Virus record (IMG/VR): IMGVR_UViG_3300030419_007499
Coordinates: 1-64,000 of that record
Length of the DNA stretch: 64,000 nucleotides
Source: an uncultured virus (IMG/VR IMGVR_UViG_3300030419_007499)
Taxonomy: Duplodnaviria > Heunggongvirae > Uroviricota > Caudoviricetes
Reading direction: 5' to 3' (one strand)
The notes under the pieces: generated by a model
Databases searched by the model: none
What the model saw: only the letters and a program-made list of their open reading frames with translations
Told to the model about the DNA's origin: nothing
Program-made: the position numbers and the translations under genes
Shown: positions 19,678-28,653 of the stretch, in pieces
Numbering within the stretch: the first letter of the stretch is position 1
Layout: each line of letters opens with the position of its first letter

Positions 19678-20351
19678 GGTAATAGTATTTCTGTTTTTTC
19701 GTGACCCACTATAATATTTGGATCTATATAAGTTTCAAAGCCCTTTTCAGCTGCTCTATGCATAAACCCGCAGTCTGTGGTGGTCATTTCGTATATTCCG
19801 TCTTCATCAAACCATGTAGGCTGTACCCATGGATATTCTAAAGATTCAAACACTCCTTTTTTAACTAATAACCAACCAAAACCAGTATACGAAACTTTAA
19901 ATATGTCCTTTCTATTAGCTACACTTTCGGGAGTTAAAAATTTAAAATAACCGTTTTGTTTAAAAAAATCTTTATCCCAGTCTTCTACTGTTGCAAAATA
20001 TTGTCCTCCTTGCATTAAATATAGTCCAGACAGTATATCAACATTTGTTTCTTGGGCTTTTTTTAAAAGATTAAAAAAATCACTAGGATTGAATACTTGA
20101 TCGCTATCAATCCACATTAAGTAATCATAATCAACTTTGCCTTGGAATGGTTTTTGGTTTTTTCCTCCTCTTGAGCTTCCGCCAAGACACGCATTGCATA
20201 CAAAGTATCTGTTAACGTGATATTTTTGAGATAGTCCCCATTGTATGTTGTGCTTTGGCATTTCAACAAGCAAATCAGTCCAGCTTGTTAAAAAATTATT
20301 AGTAAAGCTTCGACCTGGTAAACAAAAAATTACTTTAGTTTTTTTACTCAC
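19674..20351 (-). CDS. GT-A fold glycosyltransferase (GT2-like)
   Basis: YDYLMWIDSD (DxD), TGFGWLLVKKGVFE, VGHEK motifs. Confidence 0.75.
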   Translation of the reverse strand: MSKKTKVIFCLPGRSFTNNFLTSWTDLLVEMPKHNIQWGLSQKYHVNRYFVCNACLGGSSRGGKNQKPFQGKVDYDYLMWIDSDQVFNPSDFFNLLKKAQETNVDILSGLYLMQGGQYFATVEDWDKDFFKQNGYFKFLTPESVANRKDIFKVSYTGFGWLLVKKGVFESLEYPWVQPTWFDEDGIYEMTTTDCGFMHRAAEKGFETYIDPNIIVGHEKTEILLP

Positions 20352-20617
20352 AAAATATCTTCTATGTCATCAAGCTCTTTTTCAAGTTTGTCGAAGTGTT
20401 CTTGCTCTATCTCTGTCCTTAGTAACACTTCTTTCATCTGTGCAATTATGTCTTTTACGTTGCTTTTAGACTCTGGTAACCACGTGTATTTTGAATAATA
20501 TTCTAATTTGTCCTCTAAGTCGGAAAAGCGTTCTCTGTAAAAGTCAATGCTTTCTTGGACAAGATCAAACTTTTCTGTTATTTTTTTTATTTTTTGATAT
20601 ATTTCGTCGTCAGTCAT
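20348..20617 (-). CDS. Small coiled-coil hypothetical protein
   Basis: ATG at 20617 (MTDDEIY); heptad-rich charged sequence. Confidence 0.55.
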   Translation of the reverse strand: MTDDEIYQKIKKITEKFDLVQESIDFYRERFSDLEDKLEYYSKYTWLPESKSNVKDIIAQMKEVLLRTEIEQEHFDKLEKELDDIEDIL

Positions 20618-20622
20618 TTTAT

Positions 20623-20657
20623 AAAAAAACCCGCACACTTTTTAGGTATGCGGGTTT
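20623..20657 (-). terminator. Intrinsic terminator after the secreted-protein gene
   Basis: AAACCCGCA...TGCGGGTTT inverted repeat followed by a T run on the minus strand. Confidence 0.75.
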
Positions 20658-20678
20658 ATGCTGTGTCCACCTTATACC

Positions 20679-21026
20679 TTACTTTTTGGACTTTTTCGTC
20701 TTCTTAGATTTGGATCCAGCTGCTTTAACTCCGTGAGCTCCAACGCTAACTTTAGCGCTTTTTACGCCAACTACGGCGTGTGGAAATGGAACGTTAACTG
20801 CAAAAAAAGGAATCTTGAAACCTACGCTTTTGGTTGATAGATTTGCGTCAACTCCTGTTCCTGCTTTTGTTCCTAGAGTTAAAGACGGGATTGGCCATGT
20901 AACCTTTTGGCCTAGTACTGTTGCTGTCGGGGCAGGTTTAATGCCTGCTCCAAACAATTCCGCTCTGGCGCTAGTGGTTACTAGTGCAAAGCATGCTGCC
21001 GCTGTAAGAATAATTAATTTCTTCAT
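20679..21026 (-). CDS. Secreted beta-rich protein with signal peptide and Lys-rich tail
   Basis: MKKLIILTAAACFALVTTSARA signal peptide (A-R-A cleavage site); C-terminal KSKKTKKSKK. Confidence 0.65.
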   Translation of the reverse strand: MKKLIILTAAACFALVTTSARAELFGAGIKPAPTATVLGQKVTWPIPSLTLGTKAGTGVDANLSTKSVGFKIPFFAVNVPFPHAVVGVKSAKVSVGAHGVKAAGSKSKKTKKSKK

Positions 21027-21051
21027 GGTTATATTATTACACTAATTATAC

Positions 21052-21441
21052 CTATTGAACCTTGATTTTTCTAGGTTTTGATATTTCTTTTTTAGGTAAC
21101 GTTAGTGTTAAAATTCCGTATTCTAGATTAGCTGTAATAGAGTTCGTGTCTACGTCGCTTTTTATAGAAAAAGTATTTTTATAGGCTGTTTTACCTTCTT
21201 TTTCGGCGTTAACAGTAAGAGAATTATTATTCACTTCTAGCTTAATGTCTCCTTTTTTGTATCCAGGTAGCTCGATTGATACTGTATAAACGTCTCCACT
21301 GTCTTTAACGTCTGTGATTCTGCGTTCATCGTCAAAAACTTTGCCGAATGTTGTAAAGAAATCCTTAAAAGGATCGTAATTTTCATTGTCTATTAAAAAC
21401 ATATTTCTAATTGGGTTTAAGTGTCTTGTTAAAGTACTCAT
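21052..21441 (-). CDS. Hsp20/alpha-crystallin small heat-shock protein
   Basis: IELPGYKKGDIKLEV..SLTV, ITANLEYGILTLTLPK motifs; ATG at 21441. Confidence 0.9.
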   Translation of the reverse strand: MSTLTRHLNPIRNMFLIDNENYDPFKDFFTTFGKVFDDERRITDVKDSGDVYTVSIELPGYKKGDIKLEVNNNSLTVNAEKEGKTAYKNTFSIKSDVDTNSITANLEYGILTLTLPKKEISKPRKIKVQ

Positions 21442-21452
21442 GCTTTTATTAA

Positions 21453-21469
21453 AGCACAAACCGTGCCAA
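21453..21469 (-). promoter_or_regulatory. sigma54 (-24/-12) promoter of hsp20
   Basis: Minus strand TTGGCACGGTTTGTGCT: GG-N10-GC, close to the YTGGCACG-N4-TTGCW consensus. Confidence 0.75.
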
Positions 21470-21522
21470 CTTCGATTTTGAGTATTTACACTGTGTTTTT
21501 TGATTATTAGTCCCAGGTAGGG

Positions 21523-22638
21523 TCAAGGTGTCTCACTAGGTGTGACATCTTGTGTGTCAGATTGTATCACTTCAAGGATTTTGTTTAAGCTTTTTTCGTA
21601 AGTAAATTCTTCTTGAAGTTTTAAACCTTCTGTATTCTCTGTTCCGACTTTTTCTTCAGCGGATTCCATTGCTGAAACGAGTTCATCGGTATCAAAGGTA
21701 TAAATATTCCCTTGATTAAATGGCCCACCTTGATTAAAGAATATTCCGTCTGCCGCTAATTCTTTACCGTTAGGTTCTAGGATTATTGAATTTTTTTCAT
21801 TCGCCCAATCTTTGTGTGATGAGCAGTTTAACACTATGCTCCACTTTCCTAGCGCTGTGGCATTGAAGCTTGGGAGATTCCAGCCTTCTGCTCCACTACA
21901 CCCACTAAGGTCGATTTGGATTGCGTTCATTAAATCATTTACTTCACCATTGGTTTTTAAGTATGGTAAAAAGTTTACGTTCCCAACTCTCTGGTCACCA
22001 AGGGTTTGTTGAATGACTTGCTGCATTTGTTCTCCTTTCATAAAAGGATTTACTACTAAGCAAGATAATTGATATTTATAATTGTTTCCATATTTCTTAA
22101 TCCAAGCTTTGATAATCTCAGAAGTATGTTTTCTTTTTTCAAACTTTCCAATTAATCCAAAATGGATTTTGTCTTTTAAGTACTCTTTATCTGTTTTATG
22201 AAAATCAGAGTCAAAGCCAAGTGGAACACTTTCCACATTATCACAATCAAAAAGTTTAAAAGACTTTCTAGCATAAGTGCTGCTAAAAATAGTTTTGTCT
22301 TGTAGTTTTACTATATTTTTTTCAACTTCAGTTGGAGAGTCTAGCTCATAAAAAGTATAAAGGTATTGCCTTGGTGTGATTCTTTTTTCTGCTCCGTTAA
22401 TGTGCCAAAATTTAAGCGTGGGAGTGTCTTTGTCGAGTTTTTTAAATCGATCATCTGATATAGATTGAAGCCATTTAAGAAAATCTTTATCTAGTTTATT
22501 AAAAGCTTCCAGATCCGCCTGTTCCCCAATGGGGAACAAGGCGATATCCATTTGCTTTTTATACATTTCTCGCAAAAAGTTTACAGAAACATTTCCGAAA
22601 CTTAGCGAGTTAATGGGCGCTTCGACTACTAATTTCAT
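21523..22638 (-). CDS. GT-B glycosyltransferase (GT4-like)
   Basis: VPLGFD, GKFEKRK, SGAEGWNLPSFNA motifs. Confidence 0.75.
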   Translation of the reverse strand: MKLVVEAPINSLSFGNVSVNFLREMYKKQMDIALFPIGEQADLEAFNKLDKDFLKWLQSISDDRFKKLDKDTPTLKFWHINGAEKRITPRQYLYTFYELDSPTEVEKNIVKLQDKTIFSSTYARKSFKLFDCDNVESVPLGFDSDFHKTDKEYLKDKIHFGLIGKFEKRKHTSEIIKAWIKKYGNNYKYQLSCLVVNPFMKGEQMQQVIQQTLGDQRVGNVNFLPYLKTNGEVNDLMNAIQIDLSGCSGAEGWNLPSFNATALGKWSIVLNCSSHKDWANEKNSIILEPNGKELAADGIFFNQGGPFNQGNIYTFDTDELVSAMESAEEKVGTENTEGLKLQEEFTYEKSLNKILEVIQSDTQDVTPSETP

Positions 22639-23066
22639 TAAAATGGAACGGAGTCGAATTCTTCAACCTCTTCTTCAACTTGAGATCGATTCTTTTGGGT
22701 TTTAGAGTTAACTTTAGGCATTGTGGTTGATCCTTGGTCGCTTTCGCCGCCTTCGTTAACTGGACTTAGAAACTGTACTGAGTTAGCAACAACATAAACT
22801 TTGCTGCGGGTATCTCCGTCTTTATTAGTCCAAGTGTTAGTCTTAAGTCTGCCTTCGACTAAAACTCTCTTGCCTTTAGTTAAGTACTTCGAGCAATTTT
22901 CTCCTACTTTGCCCCAAGCTTGAACGTCTGCAAAAAATACTTCGTCCTTGCTTAATGGGTTGTTTACTGCTACAGCTAGGTTAGTAACTGAGTCTCCCGA
23001 ATCATTCACGGGCTTGGTTTCTGGGTCTCTTGTAAGGTTTCCTACACAGATATATTTATTATACAT
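22638..23066 (-). CDS. ssb: Single-stranded DNA-binding protein
   Basis: NKYICVGNLTRDPE, LTKGKRVLVEGRL, acidic tail ending DSVPF. Confidence 0.95.
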   Translation of the reverse strand: MYNKYICVGNLTRDPETKPVNDSGDSVTNLAVAVNNPLSKDEVFFADVQAWGKVGENCSKYLTKGKRVLVEGRLKTNTWTNKDGDTRSKVYVVANSVQFLSPVNEGGESDQGSTTMPKVNSKTQKNRSQVEEEVEEFDSVPF

Positions 23067-23664
23067 AATCTTTATCCTTTAGTTCTATTTTAAATTTTTC
23101 TATCGCAGAGTTATGGATGTTTATACAGCCTTGTATGCTCATCTCAAGCTCTTCGCTTATTTTTTTCCACGGCATTACTTTATTCTTTTCTCCAGTAATA
23201 TATCTCATTTCAAATATTTTTTCAACTCGTTTATCTTTATGTTTTTTCGAAAACTTTATCGCCTCAGAGAAAATCTCAAAATCTTCTTTTTGGAACTTTT
23301 CGTTTTTTGACCGCAGAATATCTGTTTCTTTAATATCGTCGATATTGACTTGCGATTCTTTTTTTCTTTTGTTGTTCCTGTTTAAGCAAATCCATTTTGT
23401 TTCATTACCTAAGAATGTCGGGAACTTTGTTCCTTTATCACTTTTATACTTAAGTGCCGCTTGGTAGATATTATAGTCTTTTTCATCTATCAAGTCAAGC
23501 TTATTTGTTGTGCTTGCGCTTTGGGTGTACTTATTAACTATATCTAAGTAGATTCCTGTGTGCCTGTCAATCAATTCTTGTAAAGAAAAATCTGCTTCTT
23601 TGTCTTCTTGGATATTGTTGACTAGTTGATAGTCTTCTAAATTGTTAATTTTTTCTGACTTCAT
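23059..23664 (-). CDS. Phage-encoded sigma70-family RNA polymerase sigma factor
   Basis: Region 2-like AALKYKSDKGTKFPTFL and region 4 HTH IFEMRY...WKKISEELEMS...IHNSAIEKFK. Confidence 0.8.
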   Translation of the reverse strand: MKSEKINNLEDYQLVNNIQEDKEADFSLQELIDRHTGIYLDIVNKYTQSASTTNKLDLIDEKDYNIYQAALKYKSDKGTKFPTFLGNETKWICLNRNNKRKKESQVNIDDIKETDILRSKNEKFQKEDFEIFSEAIKFSKKHKDKRVEKIFEMRYITGEKNKVMPWKKISEELEMSIQGCINIHNSAIEKFKIELKDKDYV

Positions 23665-24208
23665 TTATAAAATTTTTTACTACGTTTTCTTGTTCGTCTG
23701 CTTGATCTTTTGTATAAGATTTCCAGTCTATTGGAAAATCTGAAGCTTCCCTTAAAAGTCCATCATTATGTTCTTCATTCTTATCAGCAGGAACTATGCC
23801 GTCTCTTTGTAGGTGGATCAATATTCCTCCGTTTCTTTTTAACCAAGAAGCTTCATTGACGAACCTAATGTCGCAAACGGCCGATATTATACCATGATTG
23901 TTGTTAATGTCAATAGTTTTTTGTAGCTTTTTAATCCAATATTCTGGATCTTTTTTTCTCATTAAATCTGTGCCGTAGCATATTAGTAGCGGCCTAATGA
24001 AGTTTTTTTCTTTTGGGTCTTCGGTAAAGGCAGAAATATCAAATTTTTGAGTCAAAAATGAGTCTAGGTCGCTTTTTAACTCAAAAGCCAACGATAGCTT
24101 TTTAGCAGAAAGTCCTACGTTTTTTAGCTCTTTTATTAAAATGCTACCAAACGTATCCTTACCAGTCCTTGCGTATCCCGCGATTCCAATTATATTTGGA
24201 AAAATCAT
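23645..24208 (-). CDS. Deoxynucleoside monophosphate kinase
   Basis: IIGIAGYARTGKDT P-loop, RPLLICYGTD, DIRFVNE motifs; ATG at 24208. Confidence 0.85.
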   Translation of the reverse strand: MIFPNIIGIAGYARTGKDTFGSILIKELKNVGLSAKKLSLAFELKSDLDSFLTQKFDISAFTEDPKEKNFIRPLLICYGTDLMRKKDPEYWIKKLQKTIDINNNHGIISAVCDIRFVNEASWLKRNGGILIHLQRDGIVPADKNEEHNDGLLREASDFPIDWKSYTKDQADEQENVVKNFINEVRKN

Positions 24209-24215
24209 GCATAGG

Positions 24216-24244
24216 ATTATAACACTAATAGGGATTATATTCAA
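24216..24244 (-). promoter_or_regulatory. sigma70 promoter, leaderless, for dNMP kinase-sigma-ssb operon
   Basis: TTGAAT-17-TATAAT with extended TG, 7 nt before the ATG. Confidence 0.75.
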
Positions 24245-24299
24245 GTATAATATTTGGTTGGTTATAATATACTTCCCAGAGAGATAATACTCCAATCAA

Positions 24300-24385
24300 A
24301 TAATATTAATAACATCTAATAATATTACCAATCTAATATTAATGTAGGGGTCAAAAAAGATCCGTAGTAGAGATCAAAAAAGATA
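24300..24385. repeat. AT-rich tract plus TCAAAAAAGAT direct repeats; candidate origin/operator
   Basis: TCAAAAAAGAT at 24351-24361 and 24374-24384; ATCTAATA and AATATTAAT each occur twice; lies at the strand divergence. Confidence 0.5.
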
Positions 24386-24389
24386 CTTC

Positions 24390-24418
24390 TTGACTTTGTG
24401 GTGGTCTAAGAATATAAT
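24390..24418 (+). promoter_or_regulatory. sigma70 promoter, leaderless, for HTH gene and glycan island
   Basis: TTGACT-17-TATAAT, 7 nt before the ATG at 24426. Confidence 0.8.
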
Positions 24419-24425
24419 TCTGCCC

Positions 24426-24689
24426 ATGAACTACTTCATAAAACTTCCAGGAGAAATGGTTGCGGATGTTGTTTCTGGGAACTTAAAAGATTGCGATTTA
24501 AAGGTCTACGCTTACGTAGTCTCTAAGATTGGAAATAAAGACTGTATGTACATGCCTGTAAAGAAAATGTCCGTTGAATTAAATGTCCAAGAAGCTACTA
24601 TTAAAAGAAGTATGTCTAGACTAGAAAAATGTAAGTATATTTCCCGAAGAAGAACTAAAAACTTTAGTCAGACGAAAATTTTAAAATAA
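24426..24689 (+). CDS. Small winged-HTH protein resembling phage replication-initiator N-termini
   Basis: DLKVYAYV...KKMSVELNVQEATIKRSMSRLEKCKYISRRR HTH pattern. Confidence 0.65.
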   Translation: MNYFIKLPGEMVADVVSGNLKDCDLKVYAYVVSKIGNKDCMYMPVKKMSVELNVQEATIKRSMSRLEKCKYISRRRTKNFSQTKILK

Positions 24690-24691
24690 TA

Positions 24692-25687
24692 ATGGACATT
24701 AGTTTTGTAATAATCACTGGAGGCCAAAAGCCAGAACACATAAATCGGCTTCTCAAAAGCATAAAAAAACAAAATATTAAAAATTTTGAATGCATCATTA
24801 TTGGCAACACAAAAGATTTAAAAATAGATTTGTTTTCAATGGGGTTAACAGCTCCGCAATCAAACAAGATTAAAACAATTGAGAACAACGAGGCCGCACA
24901 AAAAGGCGAACTAGGCGTTATGAGAAACACGGGCTGCAGTCACGCCCAGTTTGATCATATAGTGATATTAGATGACGACCTTCTCTTGACAAAAGATTGG
25001 TATAGTAATTTGTTAAAATTTAAAGAAAGCAACCCCGATTTTGATATTGTTACCTGTCAAGTTAGAGTTCCAGATGGTGGAAGATACTGGGATCACGCTT
25101 GCTATCAAAGCCCAAAAAGAGGACATGTAACCTTAGAGGCTAATGAAGATGATGACCATTTATATATGTCTGGAGGCTGCTCTTGGTTAATGAAAAAGCG
25201 TGTTTTTGAAAAAATCCAATACGATTCTTCTGAAATATACAATATGAGCAACTTAAAAGATTACTCAGAGGGTAAGCATAACGAAGATACGTACTTTTCA
25301 AAACGATGCAGAGACTCAGGATTTAAAATAGTACATAACCATGCTTCAGTTTCATTTCACGATGATCCCACATACACAAACTTAGGAAGGTTTGCTAGAC
25401 GAAGGGAAAACGGAAGAACTCAAGAATGGGTCAAGGCAATGGATTTAGATTTTCCGCCAGAAGTTATTGTTCAATTCTCTGCTGCGCTATACAATTCTGG
25501 ATTTCCAGCTGAAGCTGCGGATACACTAAGGATGGGGTTAGAAAGATATATTAAAAACCCCACGCTACAAGACAATTGGCAAAAGCTTTCAGATGCCCAC
25601 GGAGGGCAATTATCTGATTCCAGATGGTCAATGGACGCAGATCCATTGTTTAAAGAAACTTTAAAATGGTTAAAAGATGAGTCGTGA
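24692..25687 (+). CDS. GT2 glycosyltransferase
   Basis: ISFVIIT, RNTG, IVILDDD, EDTYFSKR motifs. Confidence 0.8.
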   Translation: MDISFVIITGGQKPEHINRLLKSIKKQNIKNFECIIIGNTKDLKIDLFSMGLTAPQSNKIKTIENNEAAQKGELGVMRNTGCSHAQFDHIVILDDDLLLTKDWYSNLLKFKESNPDFDIVTCQVRVPDGGRYWDHACYQSPKRGHVTLEANEDDDHLYMSGGCSWLMKKRVFEKIQYDSSEIYNMSNLKDYSEGKHNEDTYFSKRCRDSGFKIVHNHASVSFHDDPTYTNLGRFARRRENGRTQEWVKAMDLDFPPEVIVQFSAALYNSGFPAEAADTLRMGLERYIKNPTLQDNWQKLSDAHGGQLSDSRWSMDADPLFKETLKWLKDES

Positions 25688-26402
25688 AATAATTCAAAGC
25701 TTATGGATAGGAAGCGAGCTTTCCCCAGTCGAAAAGCTTTGTATATCTTCGTATATAAAAAACGATCATGAGTTCCACTTGTATTCCTATAACGATATAG
25801 ACGGTCTACCAGCAGACTGTATCGTTAAAGATGCCTCAGAAATCCTCCCAAGAGAAGATATTTTCTCGTATAACGTTGGATTAGGCAAAGGAAGTTATTC
25901 TGCTTTTTCAAATTATTTCCGCTACAAGCTATTAACCTTAAAAGGAAATTGGTGGACTGATACTGATATTGTTTGTTTAAAAAAGTTTGATTTTGAAGAC
26001 GAATATGTTTTTGCGAGCGAAAAAACATCCTCAGATGGACAACACATAACCTCTGGGATAATAAAAGCCCCCATATCAAGCAATTTCGCTGAGAGATGCT
26101 ACAATTTTTGCCGCGAACAAGATAAAAACACCTTACAATGGGGAGTTGTCGGCCCAAAACTAGTATCTAAAACAGTTAAAGAATTACAAATGGAAAATTT
26201 TGTCAAACCTTGGAAGTTTTTTAACCCTATTGGCTTTGAGCAATTAGGTATGATATTTGATGAAACTTTTGGCGACATGAAATTAAACGATTCATATACA
26301 ATTCATTTATGGAACGAGATGTGGAGAAGATATAACCTAGATAAGAATAAAAAGTATGAGGAAAACTGCTTATTCGAAAAACTTAAGAAAAAATATTTAT
26401 GA
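25677..26402 (+). CDS. GT32-like DxD glycosyltransferase
   Basis: IQSLWIG, FSNYFRY, GNWWTDTD, GPKL, IHLWN motifs. Confidence 0.8.
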   Translation: MSREIIQSLWIGSELSPVEKLCISSYIKNDHEFHLYSYNDIDGLPADCIVKDASEILPREDIFSYNVGLGKGSYSAFSNYFRYKLLTLKGNWWTDTDIVCLKKFDFEDEYVFASEKTSSDGQHITSGIIKAPISSNFAERCYNFCREQDKNTLQWGVVGPKLVSKTVKELQMENFVKPWKFFNPIGFEQLGMIFDETFGDMKLNDSYTIHLWNEMWRRYNLDKNKKYEENCLFEKLKKKYL

Positions 26403-27361
26403 AAATAGCTTATTTATGTGATAAAGAGCATTACTTAAAAAAGATGTCCAGAGTTCGCTTTCATTCAATGGAAGCAGTTCAGAAACTATGCGGCAAAGAT
26501 AATTTTTTATGGACAGGGCCAAATTGGGAAAACTGGGACGATGACCAAACAGTGGATGAAAACTTAAAACAAAACAGCTTTACGCCAGATTTAATCGTAG
26601 GATATAAACCGCTAGAAATTAAAGGATTTTCCGATTCAATATATACTAAATGCGTCAGGTACAATGAAATGTATGACGATGATTGGACTTTAAAAGAAAT
26701 TAATGAATCCGCAGCAGACATTGTTGTTTGCCACCACAAAAATGACTTAGAGGATTGGCAGGGCGTTAAATTTCGCAAACAAGTAAAGCTTATTAATATT
26801 CCCCACTGCGCAGAAAGAACAATTTTCAAAGATTATGAATTACCAAAAACTCATGACGTTTTATTAGTTGGAGCTATCAACGTAACAAGTAAATTAGGAC
26901 AACATTACCCACTACGTCAAAAAATGCTCGAGGTTCTCGCAGATATGTCAGATGACTACAAAGTTTCTGTTTACAGGCATCCAGGATATGTCCTAGGCGA
27001 TGCTCATGAAAATAGATATGCGATAGACTTTGCAAAAGCAATAAATTCTGCAAAAATTTGTGTTACATGTTCTGGCGCACCAAAAAGCAGATTCGGAAAA
27101 TACGTAGAGATACCCGCATGCAAGACAGCAATAGCAGCAGATATACCAAACGAAGAACAGGAAACTTTTAAGAAATTTGTTATTGAAATTAATGTTGACG
27201 ATTCAAATAATACAATTGTCAATAAGCTAAAGAAATATCTAGATAATCAAGAGGAGCTTAAGAAAGTTACAGACAGAGGTTGGCTTTTGATGAATAAGTA
27301 TACCCAAGATTGGTATGCTTCTGTTTTTATTAACAAAATTACAAAAATTTTAAACACATAA
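26399..27361 (+). CDS. GT-B glycosyltransferase
   Basis: YPLR, AINSAKI, KYVEIPAC motifs of glycosyltransferase group 1-like proteins. Confidence 0.7.
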   Translation: MKIAYLCDKEHYLKKMSRVRFHSMEAVQKLCGKDNFLWTGPNWENWDDDQTVDENLKQNSFTPDLIVGYKPLEIKGFSDSIYTKCVRYNEMYDDDWTLKEINESAADIVVCHHKNDLEDWQGVKFRKQVKLINIPHCAERTIFKDYELPKTHDVLLVGAINVTSKLGQHYPLRQKMLEVLADMSDDYKVSVYRHPGYVLGDAHENRYAIDFAKAINSAKICVTCSGAPKSRFGKYVEIPACKTAIAADIPNEEQETFKKFVIEINVDDSNNTIVNKLKKYLDNQEELKKVTDRGWLLMNKYTQDWYASVFINKITKILNT

Positions 27362-27362
27362 A

Positions 27363-28646
27363 ATGGAAAACTCGAAGACCACCAAAGAATCAATTAAGAA
27401 AAATATATACGCAAACGTTCAAAAGTACTTTGAAAATATCTCATTTGAAGAATTAAAGCCTTCTAAATGGAAAGTTCCTATTGGTGGTGGATTTTATGAC
27501 CATAATGAGGTTAATTCGGTTATCGAATGCTATCTTAATGGTTCATTATCAATACAAAAACCAGTAGCTAAATTTGAAGAAAATTTTTCTTCTTACATAG
27601 GATGTGAATATGGTATAGCTACCAACTCTGGAACGTCAGCAAATATCCTAGCACTAAACGCTTTGATTGAATCTGGGGAACTTGTGCCAGGAGACAAGGT
27701 CGCTATTCCAGCAACAACTTTTATTAGTGTAGTTACGCCAATTTTACAACTTGGGTTAGTTCCAGTTTATGTAGACATTAAAGAAGACCTAAATATGGAT
27801 ATGGAGGAGTTGCAAAGAGTTTTACTTTTCGAGGACAATATAAAATGCGTTATGGTTGTTCACACATTAGGTTTTCCCGCAGACGTTGAAACATTACTAA
27901 AGCTATCAAAAACTTATAGCTTTAAAATTATTGAAGACTGTTGTGAATCACACGGTGCGGCGATTAATGGAAAAAAAATTGGCAGCTACGGCGACATATC
28001 AACTTGGAGCTTTTATGTAGCACATCACATGACAACCGCTGAGGGCGGGATGGTTCTCACTAACTCAGAGAGGTATAAAACTATATTGTCAGAACTTAGA
28101 GAGTTTGGCAGGCTAAAGAGCTATGAAGGAGAACGCTTTGGTTACACCAAAGACAACCTAGTAGATTTTGATGAGAGATATGTGTTCCACAGAATTGGCT
28201 GGAATTTCAGGATGGCGGATGCTCCCGCTTCCTTCGGTATCGAGCAACTTAGAAAACTTGATAAAATGAACGCTACAAGAAAAAGCAATGCTAAATTCTT
28301 AATAGACAATTTAAAAAAACATAAAGATCTAATACTGCCAGATTACAGCAGCGACGAGCATGAAATTACTTACTACTCATTTCCGATCACGATTAAGCAG
28401 GGCAGTAGAATTAACAGAAAATCATTTGTTCAGCATTTAGAGTCTAATGGGATAGAAACAAGAGCCATAATGTGCGGAACTTTACCAGATCAACCAAGCT
28501 TAAAAAATTCTGTTCATATTATTGCTGGCGATTTAAAAATCAGCAGGCATGTTAGAGATAATGCTTTTTTTATTGGTTGTCATCCAATGTTAAAACAAGA
28601 AGACCTACAGCATGCAGTCGACATTATCGACGAATACTTAAAATAA
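27363..28646 (+). CDS. PLP-dependent DegT/DnrJ-family NDP-4-keto-6-deoxyhexose 3-dehydratase (ColD/RfbH-like)
   Basis: NSGTSAN, IEDCCESHGA, SFYVAHHMTTAEGG with His at the position of the aminotransferase Lys. Confidence 0.8.
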   Translation: MENSKTTKESIKKNIYANVQKYFENISFEELKPSKWKVPIGGGFYDHNEVNSVIECYLNGSLSIQKPVAKFEENFSSYIGCEYGIATNSGTSANILALNALIESGELVPGDKVAIPATTFISVVTPILQLGLVPVYVDIKEDLNMDMEELQRVLLFEDNIKCVMVVHTLGFPADVETLLKLSKTYSFKIIEDCCESHGAAINGKKIGSYGDISTWSFYVAHHMTTAEGGMVLTNSERYKTILSELREFGRLKSYEGERFGYTKDNLVDFDERYVFHRIGWNFRMADAPASFGIEQLRKLDKMNATRKSNAKFLIDNLKKHKDLILPDYSSDEHEITYYSFPITIKQGSRINRKSFVQHLESNGIETRAIMCGTLPDQPSLKNSVHIIAGDLKISRHVRDNAFFIGCHPMLKQEDLQHAVDIIDEYLK

Positions 28647-28653
28647 TTTAAAA

